The notes under the pieces are model-generated. The model did no database searches. It was not told where the DNA came from and worked only from the letters and a program-made list of their open reading frames with translations. The translations under genes were made by a program, and so were the position numbers. Below are positions 15,301-21,358 of a DNA stretch of 64,000 nucleotides, piece after piece; position 1 is the first letter of the stretch, and the number at the start of each line of letters is the position of its first letter. Source of the DNA: an uncultured candidatus Porisulfidus sp. (GTDB lineage: Bacteria; Pseudomonadota; Gammaproteobacteria; Poriferisulfidales; Oxydemutatoraceae); NCBI GenBank assembly GCA_965215125.1, contig OZ244052.1:32001-96000 (forward strand), given 5' to 3'.

Positions 15301-16497
15301 GCTGCCGGCAAACCCACCTGCTATACCACTACTCATAATATTGATATTCACTCCGAGCAAACCAAGATTGCGGATTATTCCCGATGATCCTCTCAACTGC
15401 CTAAATAAACCCTGACCTCCCTGATTACGCACGATACGCAAACCAGAAATTGTGTTGCCGTTACCCTCCAATGCCGTAGCTAAACTATCTATCGGGGACC
15501 ACCCTGCTCCTTCAGTCCAAGTCGCTTTATTGCTTAAGTCTTGATAGTGTGCATCGTTGCCGAAATCCAGATGCCTGGCGATTTCATATCCGTCGCAGGT
15601 GCGGCGAGTGCCATCTTCGTCGCAACCCGAACTATTAAGGTCTATATCATCGGAGAGGGTCGGTTGATAGCCGCTGCCGTCCGTTCGGTAGCGAATTGCA
15701 TCCAAATCCTCAAGGTAGTAAATCTCTATCAATCGGTCGTCGTCTATGTCTACATCGGTTCTGTATGTTCCGAATTGTTCCGTAACCGTATACCCCTGCG
15801 CATCGGTATAGCTCAATTCCACGCGATAGCGAATGGTTGGGGTGGTGCCTTCCGGTACCGTGTAAGCGGACAGTGTTCTCGTGGTGGTTTCCGTTTTGAC
15901 ATCACGCCATTGCGTGTCGCTTAAAGCCAGAGATTGCCACGAGTATGTGAACTCGCCGTCGCCGTCTGCATCCGAGATACTATTTACAACGGCGGTTATG
16001 GAAGCGGTCGTACCCGATATATTTGAATTCAATTTCAGATTTACATCGAGGGTGGGAACAAAGTTGGGCTGCTTGATAATCGTCACTATGCTCTCGGTGC
16101 TTGCCGTAGAGCCGGCTTCGCCGACCGTCATCGTGAACACTACGGTGCTAGAAGTATAATCGCGCCCTATAAAATTCGCGGGGATGGTGACAGTCAAAGT
16201 TCGGGTGGTGGGATCCGACAGTTGCAAATTCGGATTCAACAGCTGCGACCGGTCGCGCGGTCGATATTCCCACCGATAAGAATAGTTTTCGCTATTCCCG
16301 CTGCCACCGGCAATTGCATCGCCGGGGAGGCTTAAAGTCAATTCCTCGCCTTCGTTTGCCGAACCTTCAATCGTAATCCCCTTTTGCAGAGTGATATCGG
16401 GATTCTCCGAGGGTACTTGCCCAAGCGCAGACTGACACGGCAGAACTGCAAGTAGAATAAATCGTGCTACGAATATAGGTTTTAATTTCATTTGCAT
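325..16497 (-). CDS. Giant (5390 aa) repetitive secreted/surface protein with GLUG-like beta-helix, cadherin-like/Ig-like and DxDxDG Ca-binding modules
   Basis: N-terminal signal-peptide-like segment (MKLKPIFVARFILLAVLPCQSALG); recurring motifs DIDxDxDGLIEIYYLEDL, GGLVGxN, WDFGTSEQFPILKY, YQWQR; near-identical ~2.05-kb internal repeats. Confidence 0.85.
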   Translation of the reverse strand: MQMKLKPIFVARFILLAVLPCQSALGQVPSENPDITLQKGITIEGSANEGEELTLSLPGDAIAGGSGNSENYSYRWEYRPRDRSQLLNPNLQLSDPTTRTLTVTIPANFIGRDYTSSTVVFTMTVGEAGSTASTESIVTIIKQPNFVPTLDVNLKLNSNISGTTASITAVVNSISDADGDGEFTYSWQSLALSDTQWRDVKTETTTRTLSAYTVPEGTTPTIRYRVELSYTDAQGYTVTEQFGTYRTDVDIDDDRLIEIYYLEDLDAIRYRTDGSGYQPTLSDDIDLNSSGCDEDGTRRTCDGYEIARHLDFGNDAHYQDLSNKATWTEGAGWSPIDSLATALEGNGNTISGLRIVRNQGGQGLFRQLRGSSGIIRNLGLLGVNINIMSSGIAGGFAGSLGIGIIRNSYVKGTIVGNQEIGGFAGNDLGQIINSYANVNIQGRLSGGLYGRGDARIASSYVTGSVTGLSVGAILSESNSFIENSYAANNLGNIKDNNQTGISNSYARVPSRHNELKEPTGPGTSDPELYIGWRTDRWDFGTSEQFPILKYVEDCSNDLQTERTDPPQCGTFLPDQNNGLRDLEIISEVIELDKVFASEITNYDVSFNDDTPNLTLRLKAYESDSQISVRRHGDSTDYFAGMRSTPDVGDDISLTGTEQTTVTITVREIFPVTETRYTLTLINRTLVVSGEIGIKGDGTITDNVISTTEGRSFTLTAPQVSGGIRTPSYEWTVTPENSSQLLNPNLQLSDTTTQTLTVTIPADFIGRNYTSSTVVFTLTVGDGTSSTVRSVVLKVGKTNNDTWERTPELTADGTKLNATEDIEDSDGNPGENDIGYQWQRKAVDADEWVDIDGATTKTYTILQLEYPITFNYRVGVRYTDRQGYVSDIAYSDPTPADYRPDIDTDDDGLIEVYYLEDLDAIRYQLDGSGYRTSTQARVIKAGCGYNDNGSTVCRGYELIRDLDFGIDNSYSSTANQVLWQPNESKSNEGWVPIGSNSQTTVSAPMLFEGNGYTISNLYQSTATYSGLFGNIDNTGKDPLAIYNIGLLDVDIQTRGGDNGGLAAACRNCLIANSYVTGTLSSEGTVDTLGGLVGRATTTDNNENPQYENVYARVDLIGNALHSGHLLGHADIHINNAYTRGYQREDYEGALVGSLGSASTTGTLINVYATGTKIADIMGDFLIRTSYTTQTVSILKLPTAPGTAGSELYNDWSTDIWDFGTSEQFPILKYVEDCSNDLQTQRTNLPQCGTFLPDQNDGLRDLEIISDGIELDKVFASEITRYDVSFGNETPNLTLRLKAYEGDSQISVREQGDSTDYFAGMRDTADVSDGIPLENVGETTVTITVREVFPATETEYTLSLRNRTLVVSGEIGIAGDETITDNVIATTEGRSFTLTAPQASGGSGMPDYEWTVTPEDSSQLLKPNLVLSSTSVAVLTVRVPANFIGRDYTSSTVVFTLTVGDGTFSTDRRVVLKVNKINNDTPQRDPRWVEDGISLNAIEDIEDPDGNPGDSDIGYQWQRKAIDADEWMDISGASSETYTILQPEYPITFNYRVGVRYTDAQGYLSDIAYSDSTPADYRPDIDTDNDGLIEIYYLEDLDAVRYRLDGSGYRTSTQATVIKAGCGYNDNGSTVCRGYELIRDLDFGIDNSYSSTANKVIWQPNDGKSNEGWVPIGSNNQTTVSAPMLFEGNGYAISNLYQSTATYSGLFGNIDNTGKDPLAIYNIGLLDLDIQTRGGDNGGLAAACRNCLIANSYVTGTMSSEGTVDTLGGLVGRATTTDNNTNPQYENVYARVDLTGNALHSGHLLGHADVRVNNAYARGYQQETYEGALVGSLGSDFTTGTLINVYATGTKIADIMGDSLVRTSYTTRTVSILKSPTAPGNTDSELYEKWTTDNWDFGTSEQYPILRYNSGSYDYEACSDQAPTQNTDQPQCDTFLPDQNDGLRDLEIISDGIVLDEVFASEITNYSVGFSNDTPNLTLRLKAYEGDSQISVREQGDSTDYFAGMRDTADVSDGIPLTGIEQTAVTITVREVFPITETEYTLTLMNRTLIVSQQIGITGDVMIAENVVSTTEGRSFTLEPPRIEGGFGAYRYNWAAMPENPSQLLNSKLQLRDTTNRTLTVTIPENFIGRNDTSSTVVFNLTVGDGTSSTVRSVVLKVNKINNDTSQRNPRWVEDGISLNAIEDIEDPDGNPGDSDIGYQWQRKAIDADEWMDISGASSETYTILQPEYPIAFNYRVGVRYTDAQGYLSDIAYSDSTPADYRPDIDTDNDGLIEIYYLEDLDAVRYQLDGSGYRTSTQATVIKAGCGYNDNGSTVCRGYELIRDLDFSVDSSYSSTANKVIWQPNGRKSNEGWVSIGSNSQTTVSAPMLFEGNGYAISNLYQSTATYSGLFGNIDNTGKDPLAIYNIGLLDLDIQTRGGDNGGLAAACRNCLITNSYVTGTMSSEGTVDTLGGLVGRATTTDNNANPQYENVYARVDLTGNALHSGHLLGHADVRVNNAYARGYQRETYEGALVGSLGSDFTTGTLINVYATGTKIADIMGDSLVRTSYTTRTVSILKSPTAPGDTDSELYRDWAADNWDFGTSEQFPILKYNKSGNSNYIACSSVLGLRMQSTDQPQCGTFLPDQNDGLRDLEIISDGIVLDKAFASEITRYDVSFGNETPNLRLRLKAYEGDSQISVREQGNSTDYFAGMRDTTDVSDDISLENVGETTVTVTVREVFPATETEYTLTLINRTPIVSGEIDIAGDGTITDNAISTTEGRSFTLESPRLSGGSRTYNYRWNIMPEDSSQLLNPNLVLSSTSIAVLTVRVPDDFIGRDYTSSTVVFTLTVGDGTFSTDRRVVLKVNKINNDTPQRNPRWVEDGISLNAIEDIEDADGNPNEDDIGYQWQRKAIDADEWMDISGATMETYTAPPEYPITFNYRVGVSYTDRQGYLNDIAYSEPTPTDYRPDIDIDNDGLIEIYYLEDLDAVRYRLDGSGYRTSTQARVINSGCGFDDNGSTVCRGYELIRDLDFGVDNSYSSTANKVIWQPNDGKSNEGWVSIGSNSQTTVSAPMIFEGNGYAISNLYQSTATYSGLFGNIDNTGEDPLAIYNIGLLDVDIQTRGGDNGGLAAACRNCLIANSYVTGTMSSEGMVDTLGGLVGRATTTDNNANPQYENVYARVDLTGNALHSGHLLGHADVRINNAYARGYQRETYEGALVGSLGSASTTGTLINVYATGTEIADITTNSLVRTAYTTQTVSILKSPTAPGNIDSELYEKWTTDNWDFGTSEQYPILRYNSGSYNYEACSDQAPTKSTDQPECVTFLPDQGIGLRDLNILAPTVTRTDSVFVSDRTEYTLWIRDTEERAQLELNGYDFRGIITIDGVGTATGSTMTTVALPKDTSVQNIIVADAASTAYTLTIIKTADIAGTGEITLEPMPSEDGTVDEGSTIELTSDIVGGDYRWTQPGVRALEILEQNAATITVRVLDDFVAADATTRNTVLTLTVTDLIEGDSRSISRILTIKKIDNGPAEIDFVGEFGNRQLTAIVGDDPDGNATEYRYQWQSRAPDSNSWTPVASTTTALRMVDYQIPADTTTATRYRVAVQYTDAQGYRTDEVAGNYLYRAGDNDDNDNGFIDIYTLEDLAATKSGTLQSRNRYELRRNLDFNDPLSYADTRNMNLWSANDDRSNPGWEPIPRVNGFSSYTFDGNGYTISNLYINRASTIALFRQVNVGSIISNIGLINVDIRGNNSVSGLIAFSGGMINSSYVGGSVKIGGNANTGGLVGQNGGIIADSYVIATSGTIVGLGDNTGGLVGYNFSVGTIRNSGTNVEVRGNAGVGGLIGRNEGAVRNSFARGSVTGNRHIGGLIGRSINRFGRRIVVINSYSTGDVIEGDVGSGSPNLGGLIGLPDRSIGFTPFIAAENSYTISKVIPNPNNNRRIGGLLGNKVLLGENDDTVASYWNSDVYTEGDRRPTDDDETSKTTMELQSPIDAIGIYRQWSTDNWDFGDETTYPMLRYDPASCNLDSDTARCGLLPNQQYETGLGALFLLSNGEVLNPDLRLGNQPFSVLRENYSIGILNRDEVQLRPFAVGGDDAEIKIIRDRDSRNYFSGKSSGQPSNSIPLDLDVATTVSIVVTDGDINTTYTLVMRRYDIETTSTVVDEGDEITLNTSAIGDSRSWSFIPPDSVDILSGQGTATLQVKIPDNFVPGGIETTMATLVFEVNIVDGATTYTPRETLRVNKINNGMPPDISLEVSSTTLSIVVGEGTDSDGEGEFMYTWERLHVENGRKERNEVSTSPEYRLPDTDNGSTRYFVNVTHTDGQGFTTEYADRESFILEPIKRTDIGIDDDDDGLIEIYYLDDLDAIREHLTEMPATCGQNNDQPCEGYELQRSLNFSSNDSYIGEVNRAWISTFTSSPPGWQPIGSIETPFNTVFTAATDNLFIDRLYINRPEEDNIGLFGVIGPRAKILDIQVRDPNISGRYAVGGLVGVTSRLTDSEGSVTESSLIANSSVVFTQLFRVGLNATRAWLGGLVGSNYGSIVNSYTQVRLNGDFAVGGLAGYSFGPISDSYALSFFSIPAASGIQGTDIITAGNAVGGLVGYNHSESPFKGGGSITNSYATNSVLGDFDVGGLVGYNDAGTIDNSYALGHVVGGTNVGGLVGYNSNGTIVGYAGNIVTGANNVGDLVSPESGGTVTALSTTPTLTYTGNFDGNGYSSCVVADGQTDYRVTLPACDTLLPEQDSRIGIGTPALSGVTLSVGTLEPEFDPVINAFSSFNGYEIFDIPENTTKITVTATTNIPNANLFVNVRGVRVQDNVMSSTTRENNSRTISRTIPVDDIRRVTTISIERGSARDYAIVIPAQPKLSGIPRMPCRADTIDRDGDGLIEICDLEGLYAMRYRLDADAMPKTCGERNDSACRGYELVRDLDFDKDESYRNPSENKPIWTTGKETDRGWRPIGNPSNPFNVEFSATTSHSIANLMIDRDFIRNYTGLFGYTGRNARIVNIELSDANVSGRYLTGGLVGRNEGTIINSRVTSASTVTLRNAWGGGLVGDNAGIINDSYTHSDVTGIDQIGGLVGINTGRITNSIAESDVLGVTFAGGLAGVNAGNINNSYASGTLTSITVVAFGATRVDRNFYYAGGLVGLNVGVIADTYSIGNIDGSERVGGLVGDNRNLIASSYAAVGNVVGTRLVGALVGINSGSIIDSYGDQSSRYNLVGENLPIGTIRNSETLTDDMNLQSRSSISGWRAVNWDFGTNMQYPALKYLRSETDPVDCERCGMLLQGQAMRPDFSLRVAEGESATLIETPEMPSDYMLRVDLNADNVRLIPDANIENATIRFQYRVDNEEDRMTMTENRQPFTAMIPSTARTITITLLFQDQNTNELISYRRVVDIHRVIRTQIRLFPEGLLNP
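6560..14900 (-). repeat. Four near-identical intragenic tandem units of ~2.04-2.06 kb (~680 aa)
   Basis: Anchor TFLPDQxxGLRDL recurs near 14780, 12745, 10695, 8635 and 6585; long identical nucleotide stretches between units; boundaries approximate. Confidence 0.9.
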
Positions 16498-16646
16498 AGA
16501 GAGTATTATTCTATAAATATTTCCAGCTTAATATTAGGTGGAATTATACCACCGGGCTAACCAAATACCCTAAAACAATAACGCAAACTATTGTAGAGAG
16601 TGCTGATATGCTTTCTTTGAAGTAATATTCCGAACAAACCGCATCA

Positions 16647-17879
16647 TTAAGGTTTATCCGTTTGATGTCGCAATCTGAACAAACCTTCGATGATTCCGCC
16701 GTCGCTGGTGAAATAAAGCGCACCGTCCGATGCAAAAGCAACACCCATAGGACGCATCAGACGATCCCCTGCGTCATCTTGCAAGTCTTCAATCAACGGC
16801 ATAACTTCGGACGCTTCACCTTTTCTAAAATGTACCAATACAACACGCGGCGGTCTGCGGGTTGCCCTGCTTCCGAAATAGCCGCCTCTCGGTTTTGTTG
16901 CCCAGGAACCGTGTATCGCAACAACGGCACTGCCGACCATTTCCGGTTGCAATGCACCTTGTGGAACAAAAGCGACACCCATCGGTGCGCTACGCGCCGG
17001 GAAAGTCGCAACCGGCGGCCGTGCATCGTTGCGCGGTGGTGGACTATTTATACAATTATCCGCCAGCAACTCATTGCGCTCGTTCAACCAAAACCACGGC
17101 ATCCCATGAAAAGAACCGGAGTCGATGCGACTAAAGTATTCGGGGGGCAGTTCATAGCCGTGATGGTCGGGACCGTTATTGCTCGCATAAAGTACACCAC
17201 TGCCCGGATGCCAATCAAAACCCATCGGATTGCGCAGACCGGTTGCATAAGGTTTCCATTGTGCGGATCCGTTCTTTGATTCGGAAAGTATCAAAATGCC
17301 ACCGCGCTGATCGGCAAAGCTATACCCTTCACCTATATATTGATCGCTACAATTACCGCTGATACCCAGCCCCAAATAGATCTTGCCGTCGGGACCTACG
17401 GCTACCGTTCTGCTTGCATGCCCACCACCGGACGGCAATGCTGCGACCCGTTCAAAATCGCTATCGTCCAACGGCTTGTTGCTGTTAGCTTCATGCAACG
17501 GCGCACGATAGACACCGTCGGTCATGCCGACCAACAATTCATCATTGCGTACCGCAACACTGTGCGGGAAACCTCCCGGCTCGGCAATGATCTCAACTTT
17601 GTCATAAGGTGGCTTGATGCGGTAGATATCACCTACCGACGAACCTGCCAACAACACATCGCCCGCCGTCCTGGTCAACATACGCGGCTTCTCCATCTCA
17701 ACCAATAGTTCCAGCGTATAACCCGACGGCACAATCAAACGCCAGGATAAATCGTTCGTCTCAAAAAGCTGTTCGTCGTAACCGAACATCTGCGTATGCG
17801 CACTTGAATTCGGGTTCAGCAGAACCCATATCAAAATCGTTGTGGCAAACAGATACGATGTTTTCAAAAATTTTCTCAT
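16647..17879 (-). CDS. PQQ-dependent sugar/sorbosone dehydrogenase family beta-propeller protein
   Basis: Motifs GGHASRTVAVGPDGKIY, ATGLRNPMGFDWHP, APMGVAF, HGSW, RPMGVAFASDGALYFTSD; signal-peptide-like N-terminus. Confidence 0.8.
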   Translation of the reverse strand: MRKFLKTSYLFATTILIWVLLNPNSSAHTQMFGYDEQLFETNDLSWRLIVPSGYTLELLVEMEKPRMLTRTAGDVLLAGSSVGDIYRIKPPYDKVEIIAEPGGFPHSVAVRNDELLVGMTDGVYRAPLHEANSNKPLDDSDFERVAALPSGGGHASRTVAVGPDGKIYLGLGISGNCSDQYIGEGYSFADQRGGILILSESKNGSAQWKPYATGLRNPMGFDWHPGSGVLYASNNGPDHHGYELPPEYFSRIDSGSFHGMPWFWLNERNELLADNCINSPPPRNDARPPVATFPARSAPMGVAFVPQGALQPEMVGSAVVAIHGSWATKPRGGYFGSRATRRPPRVVLVHFRKGEASEVMPLIEDLQDDAGDRLMRPMGVAFASDGALYFTSDGGIIEGLFRLRHQTDKP

Positions 17880-17968
17880 GACTAAATACTATATAATTGG
17901 ATTGCTTATAGAAGCATTGTACATATTTTGATATAATTCACATAATCTAACTATCGGAGGCTTTTATT

Positions 17969-18631
17969 ATGGAACAAGTTGTTATTTCTCAATCTAGGCG
18001 GGCAGGTCTTGCGAATAGCCGAATTATTAGCAATACCTACCTGCTACTTACCCTAACCCTGCTCACCAGCACAATCACCGCTGCGGTTGCAATGAATATC
18101 GGTGCCCGCCCGGTGAATTGGCTACTGATGCTGGCAATATTCATCGGCATGCCGTTTGTCATCAACCGCTTTCGCAATAGCGTTTGGGGGTTGGTGCTGA
18201 CTTTTGCGTTCACGGCATTCATGGGCTATGTGCTCGGGCCTATACTGAGTCTTTATTTGAGCCTAAGCAACGGACCGCAAATAGTAATGATGTCGTTCGG
18301 CACCACCGCGGCGGTTTTTGTCGGGCTTTCCGCCTATACCCTGGCAACCAGAAAAGACTTCAGCTACATGCGTAGTTTCCTGTTCACCGGCTTGATTGTG
18401 CTACTCGTTGCAATCATCGCCAATCTATTTTTAGCGATACCGCTGCTATCGCTGACTATATCGTCGGTTGCGGTATTCATCATGTCGGGACTCATACTCT
18501 ACGACACCAGCCGCATGATACACGGCGGCGAGACCAACTATGTGATGATGACCGTATCGCTCTACGCCAACATCTATGTGCTATTCGTGCATCTGCTAAA
18601 CCTGTTCTCGTTTATGCACGGAAACGAATAA
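17969..18631 (+). CDS. yccA: Bax inhibitor-1/YccA family membrane protein
   Basis: Seven hydrophobic segments; NTYLLL, TRKDFS, ILYDTSRMIHGGETNYVMMTVSLY; GGAGG RBS upstream. Confidence 0.9.
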   Translation: MEQVVISQSRRAGLANSRIISNTYLLLTLTLLTSTITAAVAMNIGARPVNWLLMLAIFIGMPFVINRFRNSVWGLVLTFAFTAFMGYVLGPILSLYLSLSNGPQIVMMSFGTTAAVFVGLSAYTLATRKDFSYMRSFLFTGLIVLLVAIIANLFLAIPLLSLTISSVAVFIMSGLILYDTSRMIHGGETNYVMMTVSLYANIYVLFVHLLNLFSFMHGNE

Positions 18632-18633
18632 TG

Positions 18634-18890
18634 GAACCGCCACTTGCTCCAGTTGGGCAAGTGGCGTGACATTGTGCTGAATCTTGACGTCATTCCCCTC
18701 CTTCGGAGGGGTGGCAGGCGTATAGAACCATCACTTGTTGCAGTAGCACAAGTGGCGTGACATTGTCCAGAACCCTAGCATATATAAAAAATGTAAAGCT
18801 TTTCCATGGGGTGGTCGCTAAGAATCTGCACCAGCTAATTCCCTTCCTTCGGAGGGGTGGCAGGCGAAGCCTGACGGGGTGGTCGCTAAG
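18634..18890. repeat. Cluster of family A and family B palindromic repeats between convergent yccA and dnaQ (may act as terminator)
   Basis: Perfect stem CGCCACTTGC/GCAAGTGGCG at 18638-18666; CCCCTCC-TTC-GGAGGGG hairpin at ~18695 and a variant (CCCTTCC) at ~18841; family B copy at 18723-18774. Confidence 0.8.
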
Positions 18891-18913
18891 GATCTGCACC
18901 AGTCAATTCCCCT

Positions 18914-19603
18914 TTACGACTGTTTCGCAAACTTTGCCGTTAAAAACTGCTCGTGGCGACGCAATTCATCCTCGGTCGCCTTAATCACTATCAAGCCCTC
19001 GTCGGACAAAACTACCTCCTCCTCGTCGGCAGCAACAACTTCATGCTTGTCAACCTGCGGTTCACCGGCGAAGGATATACTCGTCTGCCCACTCGTCATA
19101 GCTAAATAAACCTGCGCCAATAAATCCGCATCTATCAATGCACCATGCAACTCGCGATGACTTCGATCAATCTGATAATGATCGCTAAGCGCATTCAAGG
19201 CATAAGACGAACCGACATGTACTTTCTTAGCAAGTTCCAATGTGTCAACGATGGTGCAACCCGTCTCTTGTATAAAAGTGCCACGATTTAGACGCGCCAA
19301 CTCGGCATCCAGAAAACCCAAATCAAACGGCGCATTATGTATCAGCACCTCGCTACCCTGAGCGAATTCCAAAAACTCGTCGCACACACTGCCGAACAAC
19401 GGACTCCCCTTGAGCATCTCCCAAGTATAACCGTGCACCCGCCGAGCACCTTCGCTCACCTCACGCTTGGGATTCACCTTAGAATAAAAAGTCCGCTCGC
19501 TAATACCGCGGTCTATAATCTCAACACACCCTATCTCCAAAATCCGATGCCCGTCACCGACCTCAAGCCCGGTCGTCTCGGTGTCCAATGCAATCTGTCT
19601 CAT
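18914..19603 (-). CDS. dnaQ: DNA polymerase III epsilon subunit
   Basis: MRQIALDTETTGL (ExoI), HNAPFDLGFL, HGALIDADLLAQVYLAMTSGQ; AGGAGG RBS. Confidence 0.97.
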   Translation of the reverse strand: MRQIALDTETTGLEVGDGHRILEIGCVEIIDRGISERTFYSKVNPKREVSEGARRVHGYTWEMLKGSPLFGSVCDEFLEFAQGSEVLIHNAPFDLGFLDAELARLNRGTFIQETGCTIVDTLELAKKVHVGSSYALNALSDHYQIDRSHRELHGALIDADLLAQVYLAMTSGQTSISFAGEPQVDKHEVVAADEEEVVLSDEGLIVIKATEDELRRHEQFLTAKFAKQS

Positions 19604-19632
19604 TATCGCCTCCTGTGTATCAATGCTGGCTC

Positions 19633-19838
19633 TGTTGAAAAAGTATCCACGAGCTGCAGGAACGGTACATTCCCCTCCTTCGGAGGGGTGGCAGGCGAAG
19701 CCTGACGGGGTGGTTGTGCCGTATCCGTACTATGTTTATATTCATCCATCCAATTTATGGAAACCATTATTTGTTGGCGCAGGGCGGTTGATGTTATGCG
19801 ATGTTCGCATTTTTTCAACACCCCATACTTTTTCAACA
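19633..19838. mobile_element. MITE-like element with perfect 14-bp terminal inverted repeats, containing a family A repeat
   Basis: TGTTGAAAAAGTAT at 19633-19646 and ATACTTTTTCAACA at 19825-19838; internal 19740-19824 homologous (inverted) to 38088-38170. Confidence 0.7.
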
Positions 19839-19848
19839 ACTTCATATC

Positions 19849-20766
19849 TTACAAATGCCGGATGATTATTTTGTGTTTGTCGGCTATTGCCTCTGCCATA
19901 TGATGGCGGTGACAGCATGTGTGATCTTGCTCAAAGCAAGTGATGGCTACTCTTCGGTGCTGCCGAATGATTTTCACTACATCCTGCAATGCTTGCTTTT
20001 TATCGGTTTGGCTTAAGGTTTTTCGGTATTGATCGAACAGTTGATTATACTCAATGCGAGATTTAATATTCTTTCGCAGATCTCCCTTAATGCCTAATTC
20101 CGGGATATGGATATAAGCTATTCCGAACCTGCCGGTTATATCTTGTAGTTGTTTTTTAGAAAAGCCTTTTTTAATGCTAAAAGGATTATACCTAACATCT
20201 ATCAGTGCAGAGATGCCGTTATCGATTAAGCCTCTCAGATATTGTTCTATACTTTTTCCTTCGTAGCCTATGGTGTAAAGCGTTAAATACTTGTTCTTTA
20301 TCTGTGGTTTTTCTTTAGATATATAACGGCGCAACGGTTTAAATTTCGGTTTGTCCAGAAGCTCGCTATTGATTGCGTAGTACGGATACTTTTTATATAC
20401 CTCGTAGATAAGGGCATCATTGGAAAGTTTTCCATACTCATCAAAGATAGTGTCTAGATACTCTTCATCCTCCGGTTTCAAGTTGATCACCCCTTTAATT
20501 TTCTTATTATTTACAATGTATGCTTTGTCGTTTTTCGTTATCGTCAACAACCGATAATAATCGGCGAGTATCCGAGCATCTTCGTTAGCTTGAAATGAAT
20601 AACACCCATACTTATACGGTAAGAAATGATAAATCGGCTTCTCTTGCCGTTGGGTAAATAGAAAGAGCAACTTTTGCAAGCGGATTTTCTCCGTGCAATC
20701 TTTCCCGCGAGTCAGAATTGCCAGCAACACACGCCTGCGGTAATACAAAGTCTTGGGGAAATTCAT
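19849..20766 (-). CDS. DUF488 domain protein with an N-terminal winged-helix/SocA-like extension
   Basis: LYTIGYEG, LIDVRYNPFSIKKGFSK, HIPELGI, CFEQDHTCCHR; N-terminal LQKLLFL...YHFLPYKYGCYSF. Confidence 0.8.
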   Translation of the reverse strand: MNFPKTLYYRRRVLLAILTRGKDCTEKIRLQKLLFLFTQRQEKPIYHFLPYKYGCYSFQANEDARILADYYRLLTITKNDKAYIVNNKKIKGVINLKPEDEEYLDTIFDEYGKLSNDALIYEVYKKYPYYAINSELLDKPKFKPLRRYISKEKPQIKNKYLTLYTIGYEGKSIEQYLRGLIDNGISALIDVRYNPFSIKKGFSKKQLQDITGRFGIAYIHIPELGIKGDLRKNIKSRIEYNQLFDQYRKTLSQTDKKQALQDVVKIIRQHRRVAITCFEQDHTCCHRHHMAEAIADKHKIIIRHL

Positions 20767-20794
20767 TGCTTGAAAGCCTTCAGATAAAAGAAAT

Positions 20795-21358
20795 TTATGA
20801 TGCGGGAATCGGACATTTTAGAGATTTAAATGAAACCGTTCCCGGAGAGTAGACAAGTGTGAAACCTTTATTTTTATATTCATGGTACTCATACTGATGC
20901 TGATCCTTGATTGGTTTCTTATTCCTCGTTTCTGATAATCCTTTTGTAATAACTATATAATGCTCTTTAATTTCTATTTCTTCGGAAAAGTATATAGCCA
21001 CCATTGAAACCAGATATTTCCAAGCAGGGATAGTATAAAGTATCTGGTTACATGCTTTTTCAAAAGTACGGCTTTCTGCGCTACTTATAGTTTTCTTCAA
21101 TTCTATAAAATAAACATCTGTGGTACTAGTGTTGGGTACTATAATTAAATAATCGCATGACTTTGTATAATTCTTTATATTAGCTATTATCGCTGGATGA
21201 AGTTGGTTCGTTCCCGTTAGATTGATAGCAAGCCCTTCACTTGGTAGTCCTAATATATTGATTTCCATATCGTTACTTTTCTCTTCCAATTTAACACGAT
21301 TTTTAACAATCCTTTTATATCTCTCTGCTTTTAGCAGCTTTTCCATAAACTTAATCAT
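20795..21358 (-). CDS. Hypothetical protein, probable PD-(D/E)XK-like nuclease partner of the adjacent ATPase
   Basis: CDYLII...VYFIELK...ACNQI pattern; 8-nt overlap with the upstream ATPase. Confidence 0.55.
   Translation of the reverse strand: MIKFMEKLLKAERYKRIVKNRVKLEEKSNDMEINILGLPSEGLAINLTGTNQLHPAIIANIKNYTKSCDYLIIVPNTSTTDVYFIELKKTISSAESRTFEKACNQILYTIPAWKYLVSMVAIYFSEEIEIKEHYIVITKGLSETRNKKPIKDQHQYEYHEYKNKGFTLVYSPGTVSFKSLKCPIPAS

Noticed and set aside
1385-16159. Numerous short plus-strand ORFs, some repeated, inside the giant gene
   Set aside because: Antisense shadows of the long minus-strand ORF; their repetition mirrors its tandem units.
325-16497. Diversity-generating retroelement acting on the repeated giant gene
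   Set aside because: No reverse transcriptase in the window, and differences between repeats are not confined to adenines.
16662-17279. 205-aa plus-strand ORF opposite the sugar dehydrogenase
   Set aside because: Fully antisense to a well-supported gene and has no recognisable motifs.
18690-19865. Small ORFs at 18690-18984 and 19581-19865, and similar ones at 1-304, 33829-34035, 35696-35893 and 37987-38253
   Set aside because: They are translations of the non-coding repeat/MITE sequences and show no protein motifs.
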